A stretch of 54,249 nucleotides of DNA from an uncultured Prevotellaceae bacterium (GCA_946626925.1 CAMOVB010000001.1:1-54249); one strand, 5' to 3'. Shown: positions 38,976-48,968, counted from the first letter of the stretch. Translations and numbers: made by a program. The notes: a model not told the origin generated them from the sequence alone.

Positions 38976-41900
38976 ATGAACAGAATAACCATCTTTGCCA
39001 TTACACTATTTGCAAGTATAAACACATTTGCACAGTGGACTAAACCTGCTCCACCAGCAATAAGCAATATAAGCATTAACACCAATTGCTACCTCTTCAA
39101 CAAGGAAGCAAATGCTTTCCTCATTGGTGGTAACGAATGGGGAACGCGTGCAAGCATATCTGAAAAACGCGGTAGCAAGTTCTACATTAACCTGTACTTT
39201 AAGGATAACAACTGGGATGGTAACTCATACTATCTCATCAATGACGTTGAGAGCGGAAAACTCAACGGCAGCAAAGGTTATATGTTCATAGATAACCTTG
39301 ATAGGATATACGTCGATGGCATACCTGGAGAGAACAAGAACATGGGCTTCCAGTTTGTGACAAACGAAGACGGTACATTTAGGATTTCGCTATCGAACAA
39401 TAACGAGACATTCAATCCAGAGAACTATCCTAACACATACCTCGGAGTAATACCAGAAATAGAGGATGGCAGGGTATATTTCTGCAACCTTGACTCCTTA
39501 GTCGGTAAGTACGACCCAGCAAAGTTCCAATCATCATGGTACGTCGTTACGGCTAAGGACTACAAGTCATACACGGATAAGATAGCACAATACGATGCAG
39601 CCATAGAACTTGGCAAGACACTTGAGGAGGCAAAAAAGTATGATGGAATAGACGAGGAACTGATGGAGGATGCAACCTTTGCCTATGAACATACTTTTAC
39701 GAGTATTGACGAGCTAAAAGAGATGAGCGACAGCATCAAGAAGGTCATCAAGAAAATTAAAATCACATTGGCAAATACCGACAATCCTGTGGAGATGCTA
39801 AGCATGTACGGTGAAGTGGAGCAGACATTCAGTACCAAGGCTACAACTGGATGGGTTATGGACACCAATGCTGAGAACAAGGGTGCATCAAACGGTAATG
39901 CCTCAAAGGATATCGAAAAAACAGGCTACCACCTTGAGAACTGGAACAACGAGGCACTTGGCAACGGTAGCGTATGGGCAAAAATTACAGACATTCCTAA
40001 CGGAGTGTATAGACTATCAATGCTCGCATTTACTAATGACACACTCACGACACTTGCCTTTGCAGGCAACGACACTACACGCGTAAGGACGGAGCTTATC
40101 GACATAGACAGACCTACAGAGGTGATGGCTATAGTGGATAACAACGAAATCACCTTCGGACTTAGACTTGTGAACTCAAATGCCAACTGGATAGGACTGG
40201 ACAATGTGAACCTCTACTATCTCGGTACATCATACGAAGCATACAAGATGGTAGCTGACAGCTACATCAACAGAAGCAAGGACTATGTCAGCCTAACAGA
40301 GAATGGCAGCTTAACAAACTACAGCAAGGAGCATCTGAAAGAATACAAATCTGTAATAAAGTCTTTGAGCGAGGCAAAGACTACTGAGGATGTAATCAAG
40401 TATCTAAATGACTTCAAGACTGTCATAGCGAATCTGGAGAACAGTATCATAGCATACGAGACATACGTGGTACTCTACACCAACGTTGGTATGTGGCTCA
40501 CGGAACAGATTTACGAGAATGACTCAGTAAAATTCCTCGACCGCTACATCAACGGTACGGATGATTTATTAGGCTTCAACGGCAACGGTAATGCCACATT
40601 CATACTCAATAGCCTCGAACTCACATGGGACGAAATGACTGACGAGATAAAGTATCTGCAAAAACTCTATGACGATGCCTACGCCTCAATACTGAAGGGA
40701 GGCGACGACTGTACCAAGCTTATCAAGAATCCTAAGTTCATTGAAGAGGGTGGTTGGTTATCAGCAGTAGGACCTAAGTGGCCTGTAGGCAACACAAGCA
40801 TCTGTCCTGTGGTAGAGGCAAACAACATGATATGCAACGTCTATCAGGAACTCACAAACCTACAGAACGGTCTTTACGAGATAAACGTTCAGGCTGTGTT
40901 CCGCCCAGGAAGAGAATACAACGAGGAGAACGCGGCAAAGGCTGATGCTGTCATCTACATCAACTCATTCGAGTCAAAGATACCTTGTGCCGACATCAAC
41001 AGCGCTGAGGAGGCTTCAGAGGCATTTGCCGAAGGAAAATACAATGTCAAGGCTTACGGTATTGTATCAGATGGTACTCTGCACATAGGCATAAGAAACA
41101 ACAGCAGACTCGTGGATGGTTGCGTACTCTGGGCTGGCAACGTAAGTCTCAGATACTTCGATAAGACATCCAACGCCATATCTGATGCAATCACATTCAT
41201 ACTCCCATACGCTAAGGATGTCTATGCAGAGTCTATATGCGGAATAGCAGAGAAAGAGGCACTCAACTATGCCATAACCTTTGCACATCAAGAGGACGAC
41301 CCATACGAAGAATTTGTCAATCTCAAGCAAAGTGTGGATGATGTTATTGCTGGCAACAAGCTATACAAGAAACTTGAGAAGGCAGTGGACATACTTGACA
41401 AGGCAATAGATAACAACGAGACCGACGAAGACATCAAGAAGACACTTCGTGAAATAAACTTCAAGGTTTCAAACCTTCTTAGCAAGCATGAACTGACAAA
41501 TTCGAAGGCAACAGAGGCTCTTGCAAAGATATACGAGTCAATAGTCATTGCCAAGAGATACGGATATGCAGAGGGCACAGAAGAAAATCCTGTGGATTAT
41601 ACAGACCTTATCCTCAACAATAACTTTGACCCAGAGGATGGTAGTCTCGATGAGTGTAACATCAACGGATGGAACACAACAGCAATGAACGGATATAAGG
41701 AGAACACTGTTTCGTACAACCGTGCAGAGTATGAACTCAACCAGACTATATACGGACTGAAGAAAGGTACGTATAAGCTTACCGTTCATGGCTACTATCG
41801 TGCTGGTTATGCCAACGAGGACGAGATGAACCTGAAGAAGGACTCTGTAGATTCACACCTCGCAACGTTGTATGTTGAAACACCTACAAAGAAATACTCC

Positions 41901-42314
41901 AAGCCATTGCTTTTGCTCACAGAGGGAGCAAGCGATACTCAGGAGTGTGAAACTGGATGTTTCACCACATCTGAAGGTAAGTATGTACCTACAAGTACAT
42001 CAAGTTCGGTGATATACTTCAACAATGGATATTATCTTAACGAGATAACATTTGAGCTTTCTGAACTTGGTGCTGTAAGGATTGGTATCTCAAAGAAAGG
42101 TATCATTGCCAACGACTACAGCGTCATCGGACAGTGGAAACTATGGAACTTAGGATTAGTCCACGAAGACGTAGGCATAAACGATGCTGAAACAATTTCT
42201 GATAATACCATAACAGGTGTTTATACCATTGACGGTATGCGCCTTTCTGAACCAAGGAAGGGTATAAACATCATCAGGATGAGTGACGGAACGGTTAAGA
42301 AAATTCAGAATTAA
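38976..42314 (+). CDS. Large (1112 aa) T9SS-secreted multi-module surface protein, paralog of 35107-38676
   Basis: Signal peptide. N-terminal W-x-K-P-A-P-P as in the neighbouring paralog (W-E-R-P-A-A-P). Module cores DIPNGVYRLSMLAF, NLQNGLYEINVQAVFR and GLKKGTYKLTVHGYYR. C-terminus GVYTIDGMRLSEPRKGINIIRMSDGTVKKIQN is a T9SS sorting domain. Confidence 0.75.
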   Translation: MNRITIFAITLFASINTFAQWTKPAPPAISNISINTNCYLFNKEANAFLIGGNEWGTRASISEKRGSKFYINLYFKDNNWDGNSYYLINDVESGKLNGSKGYMFIDNLDRIYVDGIPGENKNMGFQFVTNEDGTFRISLSNNNETFNPENYPNTYLGVIPEIEDGRVYFCNLDSLVGKYDPAKFQSSWYVVTAKDYKSYTDKIAQYDAAIELGKTLEEAKKYDGIDEELMEDATFAYEHTFTSIDELKEMSDSIKKVIKKIKITLANTDNPVEMLSMYGEVEQTFSTKATTGWVMDTNAENKGASNGNASKDIEKTGYHLENWNNEALGNGSVWAKITDIPNGVYRLSMLAFTNDTLTTLAFAGNDTTRVRTELIDIDRPTEVMAIVDNNEITFGLRLVNSNANWIGLDNVNLYYLGTSYEAYKMVADSYINRSKDYVSLTENGSLTNYSKEHLKEYKSVIKSLSEAKTTEDVIKYLNDFKTVIANLENSIIAYETYVVLYTNVGMWLTEQIYENDSVKFLDRYINGTDDLLGFNGNGNATFILNSLELTWDEMTDEIKYLQKLYDDAYASILKGGDDCTKLIKNPKFIEEGGWLSAVGPKWPVGNTSICPVVEANNMICNVYQELTNLQNGLYEINVQAVFRPGREYNEENAAKADAVIYINSFESKIPCADINSAEEASEAFAEGKYNVKAYGIVSDGTLHIGIRNNSRLVDGCVLWAGNVSLRYFDKTSNAISDAITFILPYAKDVYAESICGIAEKEALNYAITFAHQEDDPYEEFVNLKQSVDDVIAGNKLYKKLEKAVDILDKAIDNNETDEDIKKTLREINFKVSNLLSKHELTNSKATEALAKIYESIVIAKRYGYAEGTEENPVDYTDLILNNNFDPEDGSLDECNINGWNTTAMNGYKENTVSYNRAEYELNQTIYGLKKGTYKLTVHGYYRAGYANEDEMNLKKDSVDSHLATLYVETPTKKYSKPLLLLTEGASDTQECETGCFTTSEGKYVPTSTSSSVIYFNNGYYLNEITFELSELGAVRIGISKKGIIANDYSVIGQWKLWNLGLVHEDVGINDAETISDNTITGVYTIDGMRLSEPRKGINIIRMSDGTVKKIQN

Positions 42315-42356
42315 GAATTCAAAATTCATAATTAAAAAAAGAGTTACGATAAATCC

Positions 42357-43199
42357 ATGAACTATCGGTCGGTAAAGAATCTATTGTCTTCCGTGACAAA
42401 AGAGAGTGAGGCAACAGCCATCACCTTTCTTTTGTTTGAGAAGCTGGCAGGAATGGATAAGATGAAGGTCCTGATGGGTGACGAAATACCCAAGGAGACT
42501 GAAAATCGAATCATGGAAGCTGCCAATAGGGTAGCGCAAGGTGAACCTGTACAATACGTAATAGGCGAGACTGATTTCTATGGATTGACGTTCAATATAG
42601 CAAAAGGAGCTCTTATTCCGCGTCCAGAGACCGAAGAACTGGTGGAGTGGGGAATTAATAGTTTCAATGGAGAAAACGCCGTAACGGGCAAAATACTGGA
42701 CATTGGTACTGGTTCTGGATGTATTGCCATATCAGTTGCCAAGAATACAGAAGCAACAGTAGAGGCATGGGACATAAGTGATGAAGCCCTCAGCATTGCC
42801 ACAGATAATGCCAAGAAGAATGATGTTAAGGTCGATTTCCGTAAGGTTGATGTACTCAACTTCATGCCTACGGACAAAGATAGGGGAGAGTACTGTTGCA
42901 TATTCAGCAATCCTCCATACATCTGCAACTCGGAATCTGAGGATATGGAAAACAATGTACTCGACTATGAGCCACACATTGCTTTGTTTGTTCCTGACTC
43001 TGACCCATTGCTCTTCTACCGCAAGATAGCAGAAATAGGAAAGGAGCTGCTCATGAATGACGGTATGTTGTTCTTCGAGATTAACCGTCGTTTTGGCAAG
43101 GAAACAGTGGATATGCTCACACGCCTCGGTTACTCTGACATAGAACTTCGTCAGGACCAATTTGAAAATGACCGAATGGTTAAGGCAATAAATAGATGA
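42357..43199 (+). CDS. prmC: Release factor glutamine N5-methyltransferase
   Basis: SAM-binding DIGTGSGCIA and the catalytic NPPY motif (FSNPPYI). Confidence 0.9.
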   Translation: MNYRSVKNLLSSVTKESEATAITFLLFEKLAGMDKMKVLMGDEIPKETENRIMEAANRVAQGEPVQYVIGETDFYGLTFNIAKGALIPRPETEELVEWGINSFNGENAVTGKILDIGTGSGCIAISVAKNTEATVEAWDISDEALSIATDNAKKNDVKVDFRKVDVLNFMPTDKDRGEYCCIFSNPPYICNSESEDMENNVLDYEPHIALFVPDSDPLLFYRKIAEIGKELLMNDGMLFFEINRRFGKETVDMLTRLGYSDIELRQDQFENDRMVKAINR

Positions 43200-43219
43200 A
43201 TACTTACGTTTAATACATT

Positions 43220-45340
43220 ATGAGAAAGTTATTTAGAAACATAATTATGGCTTTAGTTCCATTCTCACTGTTCTCAACCAATGTGAATGCAGAGGATAGT
43301 GACTGGAAAATCTATGCCTCTTATCATCATCCAACAAAAGCAATAAAGATTGGTTCGCTCTACTATACACTGGCAAATGGTGACATAAGTAAGGGTGAGC
43401 AAATGTACACATACAACAATCTTTATGTGTTCGATGAGGAAGATGAAAGCCTTGGCATATACGACAAGTCGAATGCACTGAGCGACCACGGAATATATGA
43501 TATTGCATACAGCAAGGAAACACATAGCCTCATCATTCTCTACACCAACGGCAATATAGACATAATGAACATGAACGGTGGAGTTCATAACCTACCTGAG
43601 TTCAAGAACAAATCGTTTCAGGACAAGACAATCAACAGCATCAGCATTGCAGGAAATAAGGCATACATCTCACTAAACATCGGACTTGTGGTAATCAATA
43701 TGAAAGATTACTACTACGAAAACTTGTATCAACTCAACGATGTCATTAAGGATGCCAAGATAAGTCAAAATAAGATATTTGCTCTTACATCCAAAGGTTC
43801 GTATGTAGGAAATAAAAAAGACAATCTCCTTGACAAGGAAAACTGGACATTCCTTACGAACGAGGAACTGAAGGATGATGAAGAGTACGCTAGTGCTGTG
43901 AACGAGAATGTGAACGACACAAGTGCACTCAACAAGGTATCGAAGTATATCCCCGACAGTCCTCTACGTAACTATGCTTATAAGCTCCATTTTGTTGGAG
44001 ACAGACTCCTTGTGAGCGGTGGTAACTGGTATTACCCAGAATCAACCTACAAGGGAACTGCCATGTGGTATGAAGACGAAAGATGGAAAGCATTTGACGA
44101 AAAGGAAATATCTTCTGCCGACAAGACAAAATACTACAAAAATATTACAGATATTGCACAAGACCCTTACGATGTCAATCATCATTTTTTGTCTTCAAAA
44201 GGTGGTGGCTTGTTTGAGTTCAAAAACTTCAAGCTTATCAAGCATTATACTCTTAATAATTCACCTTTAAGAAGTATCATAAAAAATAATGACCAGTATT
44301 TGCGTATAGATGGTCTTCAATACGACAAAGACGGTAATCTGTGGATGCTAAATAGTGCAGTGGATACCATTATCCATATACTCACAAAGGATGAAAAGTG
44401 GATTAGCTATGTAAATAACAGTATCAAAAGATATCCTAATATGGATAAAACCATGATTGATTCCAAGGGATATGTATGGGTAAATAGCCGTAGAACCACT
44501 AATTATGATAATATTACTGGTGTGGCATCCAAAGCAGGTGTACTTATCATCAACACCAATGGCACTATCAACACTCAGAAGGATGACGAGGAAGTGTTTA
44601 TCGCTGACTTCAAGAATCAGGATGGAACACAAATATCTCCTTCACCAGACATATGGTGGTGTGCTACCGAGGACATCGACGGTGCTGTGTGGATTGGTAA
44701 TGACAGAGGCTTGTTCGTAGCATACGACACAGATAAACTGTTAAAAGGAACAAACACGCTCAATCAGATTAAGATTGCAAGAAACGACGGCACTAACCTT
44801 GCCGACTATCTTCTCTCAGGCGTAGAGATAAAGTGTATTGCAGTAGATGGTGGAAACCGTAAATGGATTGGTACTGCCACTAACGGTGTGTATCTCATAA
44901 GTGCTGACGGACAAGAGATAATAGAGCATTTTACCAAAGATAACTCACCACTTATCTCAGACAATATAAATGATATTGCCATCAATGGAAAGACAGGTGA
45001 AGTATTCTTTGCCACATACATGGGTCTATGTTCATACATGGGTGATGCAACAGACCCATCTGACAATATGGATGACAGCACACTCAAGGTTTATCCTAAC
45101 CCTGTAAGACCAGAATACAATGGAGATGTAAAAGTCACAGGACTTATGTACAACTCTGACGTAAGGGTAGTAAGTGCTGCTGGCAAACTTGTCTATACTG
45201 GCAAGAGCGAAGGCGGTATGTTCACCTGGAACTGCTGTTATGACTCAGGCAAGAAATGTGGCTCAGGCATCTTCTATGTTCTCTGTACAGATGAGAACGG
45301 AAAGGAAGGAGCATGTGCAAAGATACTTATAGTAAGATAA
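43220..45340 (+). CDS. Double beta-propeller protein with T9SS sorting domain, PorZ-like
   Basis: Signal peptide and repeated propeller-blade-like segments. C-terminus LKVYPNPVRPEYNGDVKVTGLMYNSDVRVVSAAGKLVYTG...GSGIFYVLCTD...KILIVR is typical of T9SS CTDs on two-component-regulator-propeller/PorZ family proteins (recognised from memory). Confidence 0.55.
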   Translation: MRKLFRNIIMALVPFSLFSTNVNAEDSDWKIYASYHHPTKAIKIGSLYYTLANGDISKGEQMYTYNNLYVFDEEDESLGIYDKSNALSDHGIYDIAYSKETHSLIILYTNGNIDIMNMNGGVHNLPEFKNKSFQDKTINSISIAGNKAYISLNIGLVVINMKDYYYENLYQLNDVIKDAKISQNKIFALTSKGSYVGNKKDNLLDKENWTFLTNEELKDDEEYASAVNENVNDTSALNKVSKYIPDSPLRNYAYKLHFVGDRLLVSGGNWYYPESTYKGTAMWYEDERWKAFDEKEISSADKTKYYKNITDIAQDPYDVNHHFLSSKGGGLFEFKNFKLIKHYTLNNSPLRSIIKNNDQYLRIDGLQYDKDGNLWMLNSAVDTIIHILTKDEKWISYVNNSIKRYPNMDKTMIDSKGYVWVNSRRTTNYDNITGVASKAGVLIINTNGTINTQKDDEEVFIADFKNQDGTQISPSPDIWWCATEDIDGAVWIGNDRGLFVAYDTDKLLKGTNTLNQIKIARNDGTNLADYLLSGVEIKCIAVDGGNRKWIGTATNGVYLISADGQEIIEHFTKDNSPLISDNINDIAINGKTGEVFFATYMGLCSYMGDATDPSDNMDDSTLKVYPNPVRPEYNGDVKVTGLMYNSDVRVVSAAGKLVYTGKSEGGMFTWNCCYDSGKKCGSGIFYVLCTDENGKEGACAKILIVR

Positions 45341-45343
45341 CCA

Positions 45344-45395
45344 CATAAGTAAATGACCATTTAGACAAACAAGTCTAAATGGTCATTTACTTATG
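45344..45395. terminator. Bidirectional terminator hairpin between convergent genes
   Basis: cataagtaaatgaccatttagac-aaacaa-gtctaaatggtcatttacttatg, a 23-bp perfect stem. Confidence 0.75.
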
Positions 45396-45412
45396 CATTA
45401 TTAATTCAACTC

Positions 45413-47131
45413 TTAATTCTTAATTGCTGCAATCTGTATCTGCGACCTGTCAATAAAGTTTATAATCACTTCTTCTGGCATATCAAACTCTATGAGTTCG
45501 TCAGCAAAGAGATTGGATTCATAATATATGTGCATCTTGTACTTACCAAGTTTAGGAACCCAATTATTTGCAGCACAATAGTGATATTCCTTTTCTTCAT
45601 CCTTTGAAAGACTCAATCCATGACACTGGAGATAGAACTTCTTGCTACCTTCGAACAAAGGTTCCAACCCGACATATATGCGACCACACAACTCAGCATT
45701 ATGATTCTTTACAGTTATTCTGAAGTCATTAGATCGTCCATTGAACATTAAGTCAGGTGATATGACTCCCTCAAGTGTGAGGTATGCTGTATTGGCAGTA
45801 TCGGAAGAAAGCGTGATACCATCATTACGGACATCAGCAATAAGATAATTAGGCGTACCAACACAAGTGCGAGCTTCTACCCACTTTCCATTATCCTTAT
45901 ACATAGGTACAATCTTATACTTACCTACATTAACATCCTTTGGTATAGTAATATCTACTGTATCTCTATATGTAGTATCATCAAGTTCCTCGAGAAGGAA
46001 ATCATGCTTGTAAGTGTAGAGAGGAACGAGGTTATTCTTACCCTTTACGAGCATGAGAGACACAGAGTCATTGTGCATATTACATCCCACATTACACAAA
46101 TCATTAGCGACTACGGTAAATGAACTGTTCCTGCCTGCGTCCTTTGTTACAGCAGAAATATCTTTGAACACAAACAAATGTCTTTCGTTCTTGTCCGAAT
46201 CCTTTGTCTTAGGTTGTATGCCAAGAATGAATGACTGTAGTATGTTGAATCCATTCTCAGGAGTGCCTTTACCATAATTATAGTCATCAGCTGTCATGTT
46301 CTCTAATGTAGTCCAGTTGTCAGCCTGACCATCAGGATTACCAAGCATGATATGAAACTCGTCATCTTCATTATATCCGTCAATGACGAAAGCATGACTA
46401 TTATCCATGTTTGTACCAGAGATAAGTACAGGTCTTTTATTGGCAAGCTCATTCTTCAGCATCATCTGCATCTCATCGTATGTGTAGAAGTCACGATAGT
46501 ATATCTGTGCACCCTTGTCATAACCGAAATTATTGACGAGAGCAATAGGTTGCCTGACAGATATAGCACCACTTGCATCCTTACCGTAACACATATTGAC
46601 ACTAATTCCACAATCATACTGAAGTCTTGCAACTGCATCTGCCTGAACATCGTTATATTCTGTATGGTCATACTCATAAAGCATATTGTTCCAGTCATAC
46701 ACATGAGATGAAAAGTCTGAATATAGCGTTTCCTTACATCCGAGACTGTCTATATACTGGTTGCTCCCAATACCACGCTCAGGATAACGATAATAGTGCA
46801 TCACCTGCGACATGGCAAGGGCTACACAGCCAGTAGGGCAGTGCTGACCTTCAATCACAGGAGTAAAGCGTTTATATGGAAGCTCATACTGATGCCACAG
46901 ATTAGTCTTTGCCAACAGAGGCTTAACCTCACTTGGCAAGATTCCAGAAATACTTATATCTACTGACCTGCTACGCACATCAGCTGTCATGATGTCATCT
47001 GCATGAACCTTCTGTTTCACCACATGCATTCTATCAGTCCTCACAAAGCGAGGATGCTCCGTAACTCCCCATTGCTGGGCATACGAAGCAGTAAAAAGCA
47101 TTGATGATAATATGGTTAATATATATTTCAT
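45413..47131 (-). CDS. C10 family (streptopain/interpain-like) cysteine peptidase
   Basis: Signal peptide. Catalytic Cys context QHCPTGCVALAMSQVMHYYRYP and His context HAFVIDGY. The C-terminal ~250 aa form an extra beta-rich region without an obvious T9SS tail. Confidence 0.8.
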   Translation of the reverse strand: MKYILTILSSMLFTASYAQQWGVTEHPRFVRTDRMHVVKQKVHADDIMTADVRSRSVDISISGILPSEVKPLLAKTNLWHQYELPYKRFTPVIEGQHCPTGCVALAMSQVMHYYRYPERGIGSNQYIDSLGCKETLYSDFSSHVYDWNNMLYEYDHTEYNDVQADAVARLQYDCGISVNMCYGKDASGAISVRQPIALVNNFGYDKGAQIYYRDFYTYDEMQMMLKNELANKRPVLISGTNMDNSHAFVIDGYNEDDEFHIMLGNPDGQADNWTTLENMTADDYNYGKGTPENGFNILQSFILGIQPKTKDSDKNERHLFVFKDISAVTKDAGRNSSFTVVANDLCNVGCNMHNDSVSLMLVKGKNNLVPLYTYKHDFLLEELDDTTYRDTVDITIPKDVNVGKYKIVPMYKDNGKWVEARTCVGTPNYLIADVRNDGITLSSDTANTAYLTLEGVISPDLMFNGRSNDFRITVKNHNAELCGRIYVGLEPLFEGSKKFYLQCHGLSLSKDEEKEYHYCAANNWVPKLGKYKMHIYYESNLFADELIEFDMPEEVIINFIDRSQIQIAAIKN

Positions 47132-47142
47132 AAGTAGGTGTG

Positions 47143-47150
47143 CAAAATTA
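47143..47150 (-). promoter_or_regulatory. Candidate -7 box TAATTTTG for the C10 peptidase gene
   Basis: Matches TAnnTTTG on the minus strand, 12 bp upstream of the ATG. Confidence 0.35.
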
Positions 47151-47253
47151 TTTTAATAATGGTTGTTTTGATTAATGATATGTATGTTGAAATTTTTCGT
47201 CGCAAAGATAAATAATTTTTTACACTCATCACCAAAATATCAATTATTATTCA

Positions 47254-47261
47254 TACTTTTG
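47254..47261 (+). promoter_or_regulatory. Candidate -7 box TACTTTTG for the sirtuin gene
   Basis: Matches TAnnTTTG, 26 bp upstream of the ATG at 47287. Confidence 0.4.
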
Positions 47262-47286
47262 TCACAAAGTCAAAAACATAAACGAT

Positions 47287-47988
47287 ATGAAGAAATTAGT
47301 TTTCCTTACTGGTGCAGGAATGTCCGCAGAGAGCGGTATAAGCACATTCCGCGATAGTGACGGCTTATGGGAGAAGTATCCAGTAGAGGCTGTAGCAAGT
47401 ATTCAGGGATATATGAGAGACCCTGAACTGGTACAGAACTTCTACAACGAACGTCGTCATCAGTTGCTCACAGTAAAGCCTAATGAAGGACATAAACTCG
47501 TAGCAAGTCTTGAGGATAGATATGACGTAACTGTCATTACACAGAACGTAGATAACCTTCACGAAGTGGCAGGAAGTACGAATATCATTCATCTTCATGG
47601 TGAACTCATGAAGGCTACATCATCAAAGAATCCTAATGACCCTAATTGTATCATCACTCTGCCAAAAGACCACCTCGACATCAAGATGGGTGACAAGGCA
47701 AAGGATGGCAGTCAGCTACGACCATTCATCGTTTGGTTTGGCGAAAGCGTGCCAATGATTGAACCTGCCATAGATAAAGTACACAAGGCAGACATACTCG
47801 TAGTCATCGGTACTTCACTCAATGTATATCCTGCAGCAGGACTTCTCTCTTACACCAACAGTCATTGCAAGATATACCTCATCGACCCAAAGGATGTGAA
47901 CTATGACAGACGATTAGGCATAACACACATCAAGAAAGGTGCATCAGATGGAATGAAGGAATTGATAGCTGACCTTAATCAACCTTAA
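47287..47988 (+). CDS. cobB: NAD-dependent protein deacylase (Sir2 family)
   Basis: GAGMSAESGISTFRD, QNVDNLHE and catalytic HLHG motifs; 233 aa. Confidence 0.85.
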   Translation: MKKLVFLTGAGMSAESGISTFRDSDGLWEKYPVEAVASIQGYMRDPELVQNFYNERRHQLLTVKPNEGHKLVASLEDRYDVTVITQNVDNLHEVAGSTNIIHLHGELMKATSSKNPNDPNCIITLPKDHLDIKMGDKAKDGSQLRPFIVWFGESVPMIEPAIDKVHKADILVVIGTSLNVYPAAGLLSYTNSHCKIYLIDPKDVNYDRRLGITHIKKGASDGMKELIADLNQP

Positions 47989-47994
47989 TGACCT

Positions 47995-48110
47995 TCCCCC
48001 AACCCAGTTCCTCCGTAGAGCAGGGCACTGCTCTCCCCTCATTTCGGGACAGAGAGACATTTAGTCTCTCTTCTGCGCCCTCATTCGCCTTTCAGGACGG
48101 GGAGTAGTTA
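47995..48110 (+). other. GC-rich structured non-coding segment (candidate small RNA, leader or gene relic)
   Basis: Hairpins gagcag-ggca-ctgctc (48018-48033) and agagagac-attta-gtctctct (48051-48071), enclosed by ctcccc (48033-48038) and ggggag (48099-48104). Visibly far more G+C than other intergenic DNA here. No ORF. Confidence 0.35.
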
Positions 48111-48158
48111 CCAAGGGAATAAATAATTATGAATTTTGAATTATTAATTTTTAATTTA

Positions 48159-48782
48159 GTGTTACTACCATACTTAAACAAAGACCTCATAGAGGCAGGA
48201 TGTGACGAGGCAGGAAGAGGATGTCTTGCAGGAAGCGTGTATGCAGCTGCTGTAATCCTCCCTAAGGACTATCACAACGACAAGCTTAATGACTCAAAAC
48301 AACTCACCGCAAAGCAACGCTATGCCTTGCGTGAGGAGATAGAACGTGACGCCATTGCATGGAGCATCGGAATAGTCACAGCAGAGGAAATAGACAAGAT
48401 AAACATACTCAAGGCAAGCATCACAGCCATGCACCGTGCAATAGATGGGCTTAAAACACGTCCAGAAGCGCTCCTAATCGACGGAAATCGTTTCTATGAA
48501 TATAAGGACGCTGACGGAAATAAAGTGCCTCACACGACGATTGTGAAGGGTGATGGCAAATATCTCAGCATTGCAGCCGCAAGTATTCTTGCCAAGACAT
48601 ACCGTGATGACTACATGAAGGAGCTTCACAAGGAATATCCTTTCTATGGCTGGGACAAGAATGCTGGCTATCCTACCAAGGCTCATCGTCAAGGTATAAA
48701 GGAACATGGTACAACGTCATACCACCGCATGACATTTAACCTCCTTGGTGATGGACAACTCGAAATACCATTTGAGGATTGA
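48159..48782 (+). CDS. rnhB: Ribonuclease HII
   Basis: [16 protein letters not shown] catalytic motif. A GTG at 48159 ([10 protein letters not shown]...) gives the usual N-terminus. The ATG at 48129 lies inside an AATTCATAATT-type repeat word and is less likely. Confidence 0.85.
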   Translation: MLLPYLNKDLIEAGCDEAGRGCLAGSVYAAAVILPKDYHNDKLNDSKQLTAKQRYALREEIERDAIAWSIGIVTAEEIDKINILKASITAMHRAIDGLKTRPEALLIDGNRFYEYKDADGNKVPHTTIVKGDGKYLSIAAASILAKTYRDDYMKELHKEYPFYGWDKNAGYPTKAHRQGIKEHGTTSYHRMTFNLLGDGQLEIPFED

Positions 48783-48821
48783 ACATCGTTTGAGCAGTCT
48801 TCAAACAATGTTCAAACAACG

Positions 48822-48870
48822 TTTAACAGGCATTTAACGACTACTTAATGAGCGTTAAATGCCTGTTAAA
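48822..48870. terminator. 18-bp perfect-stem hairpin downstream of rnhB
   Basis: tttaacaggcatttaacg-N13-cgttaaatgcctgttaaa. Confidence 0.55.
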
Positions 48871-48968
48871 TTGTAATAAGTTATAAAGTTATTTCTATTA
48901 GGATATTCTCAGATCCTACAATACAACTCTCATAATAACCATCGCCAGTAGTTCTTGGCTCACTTACT

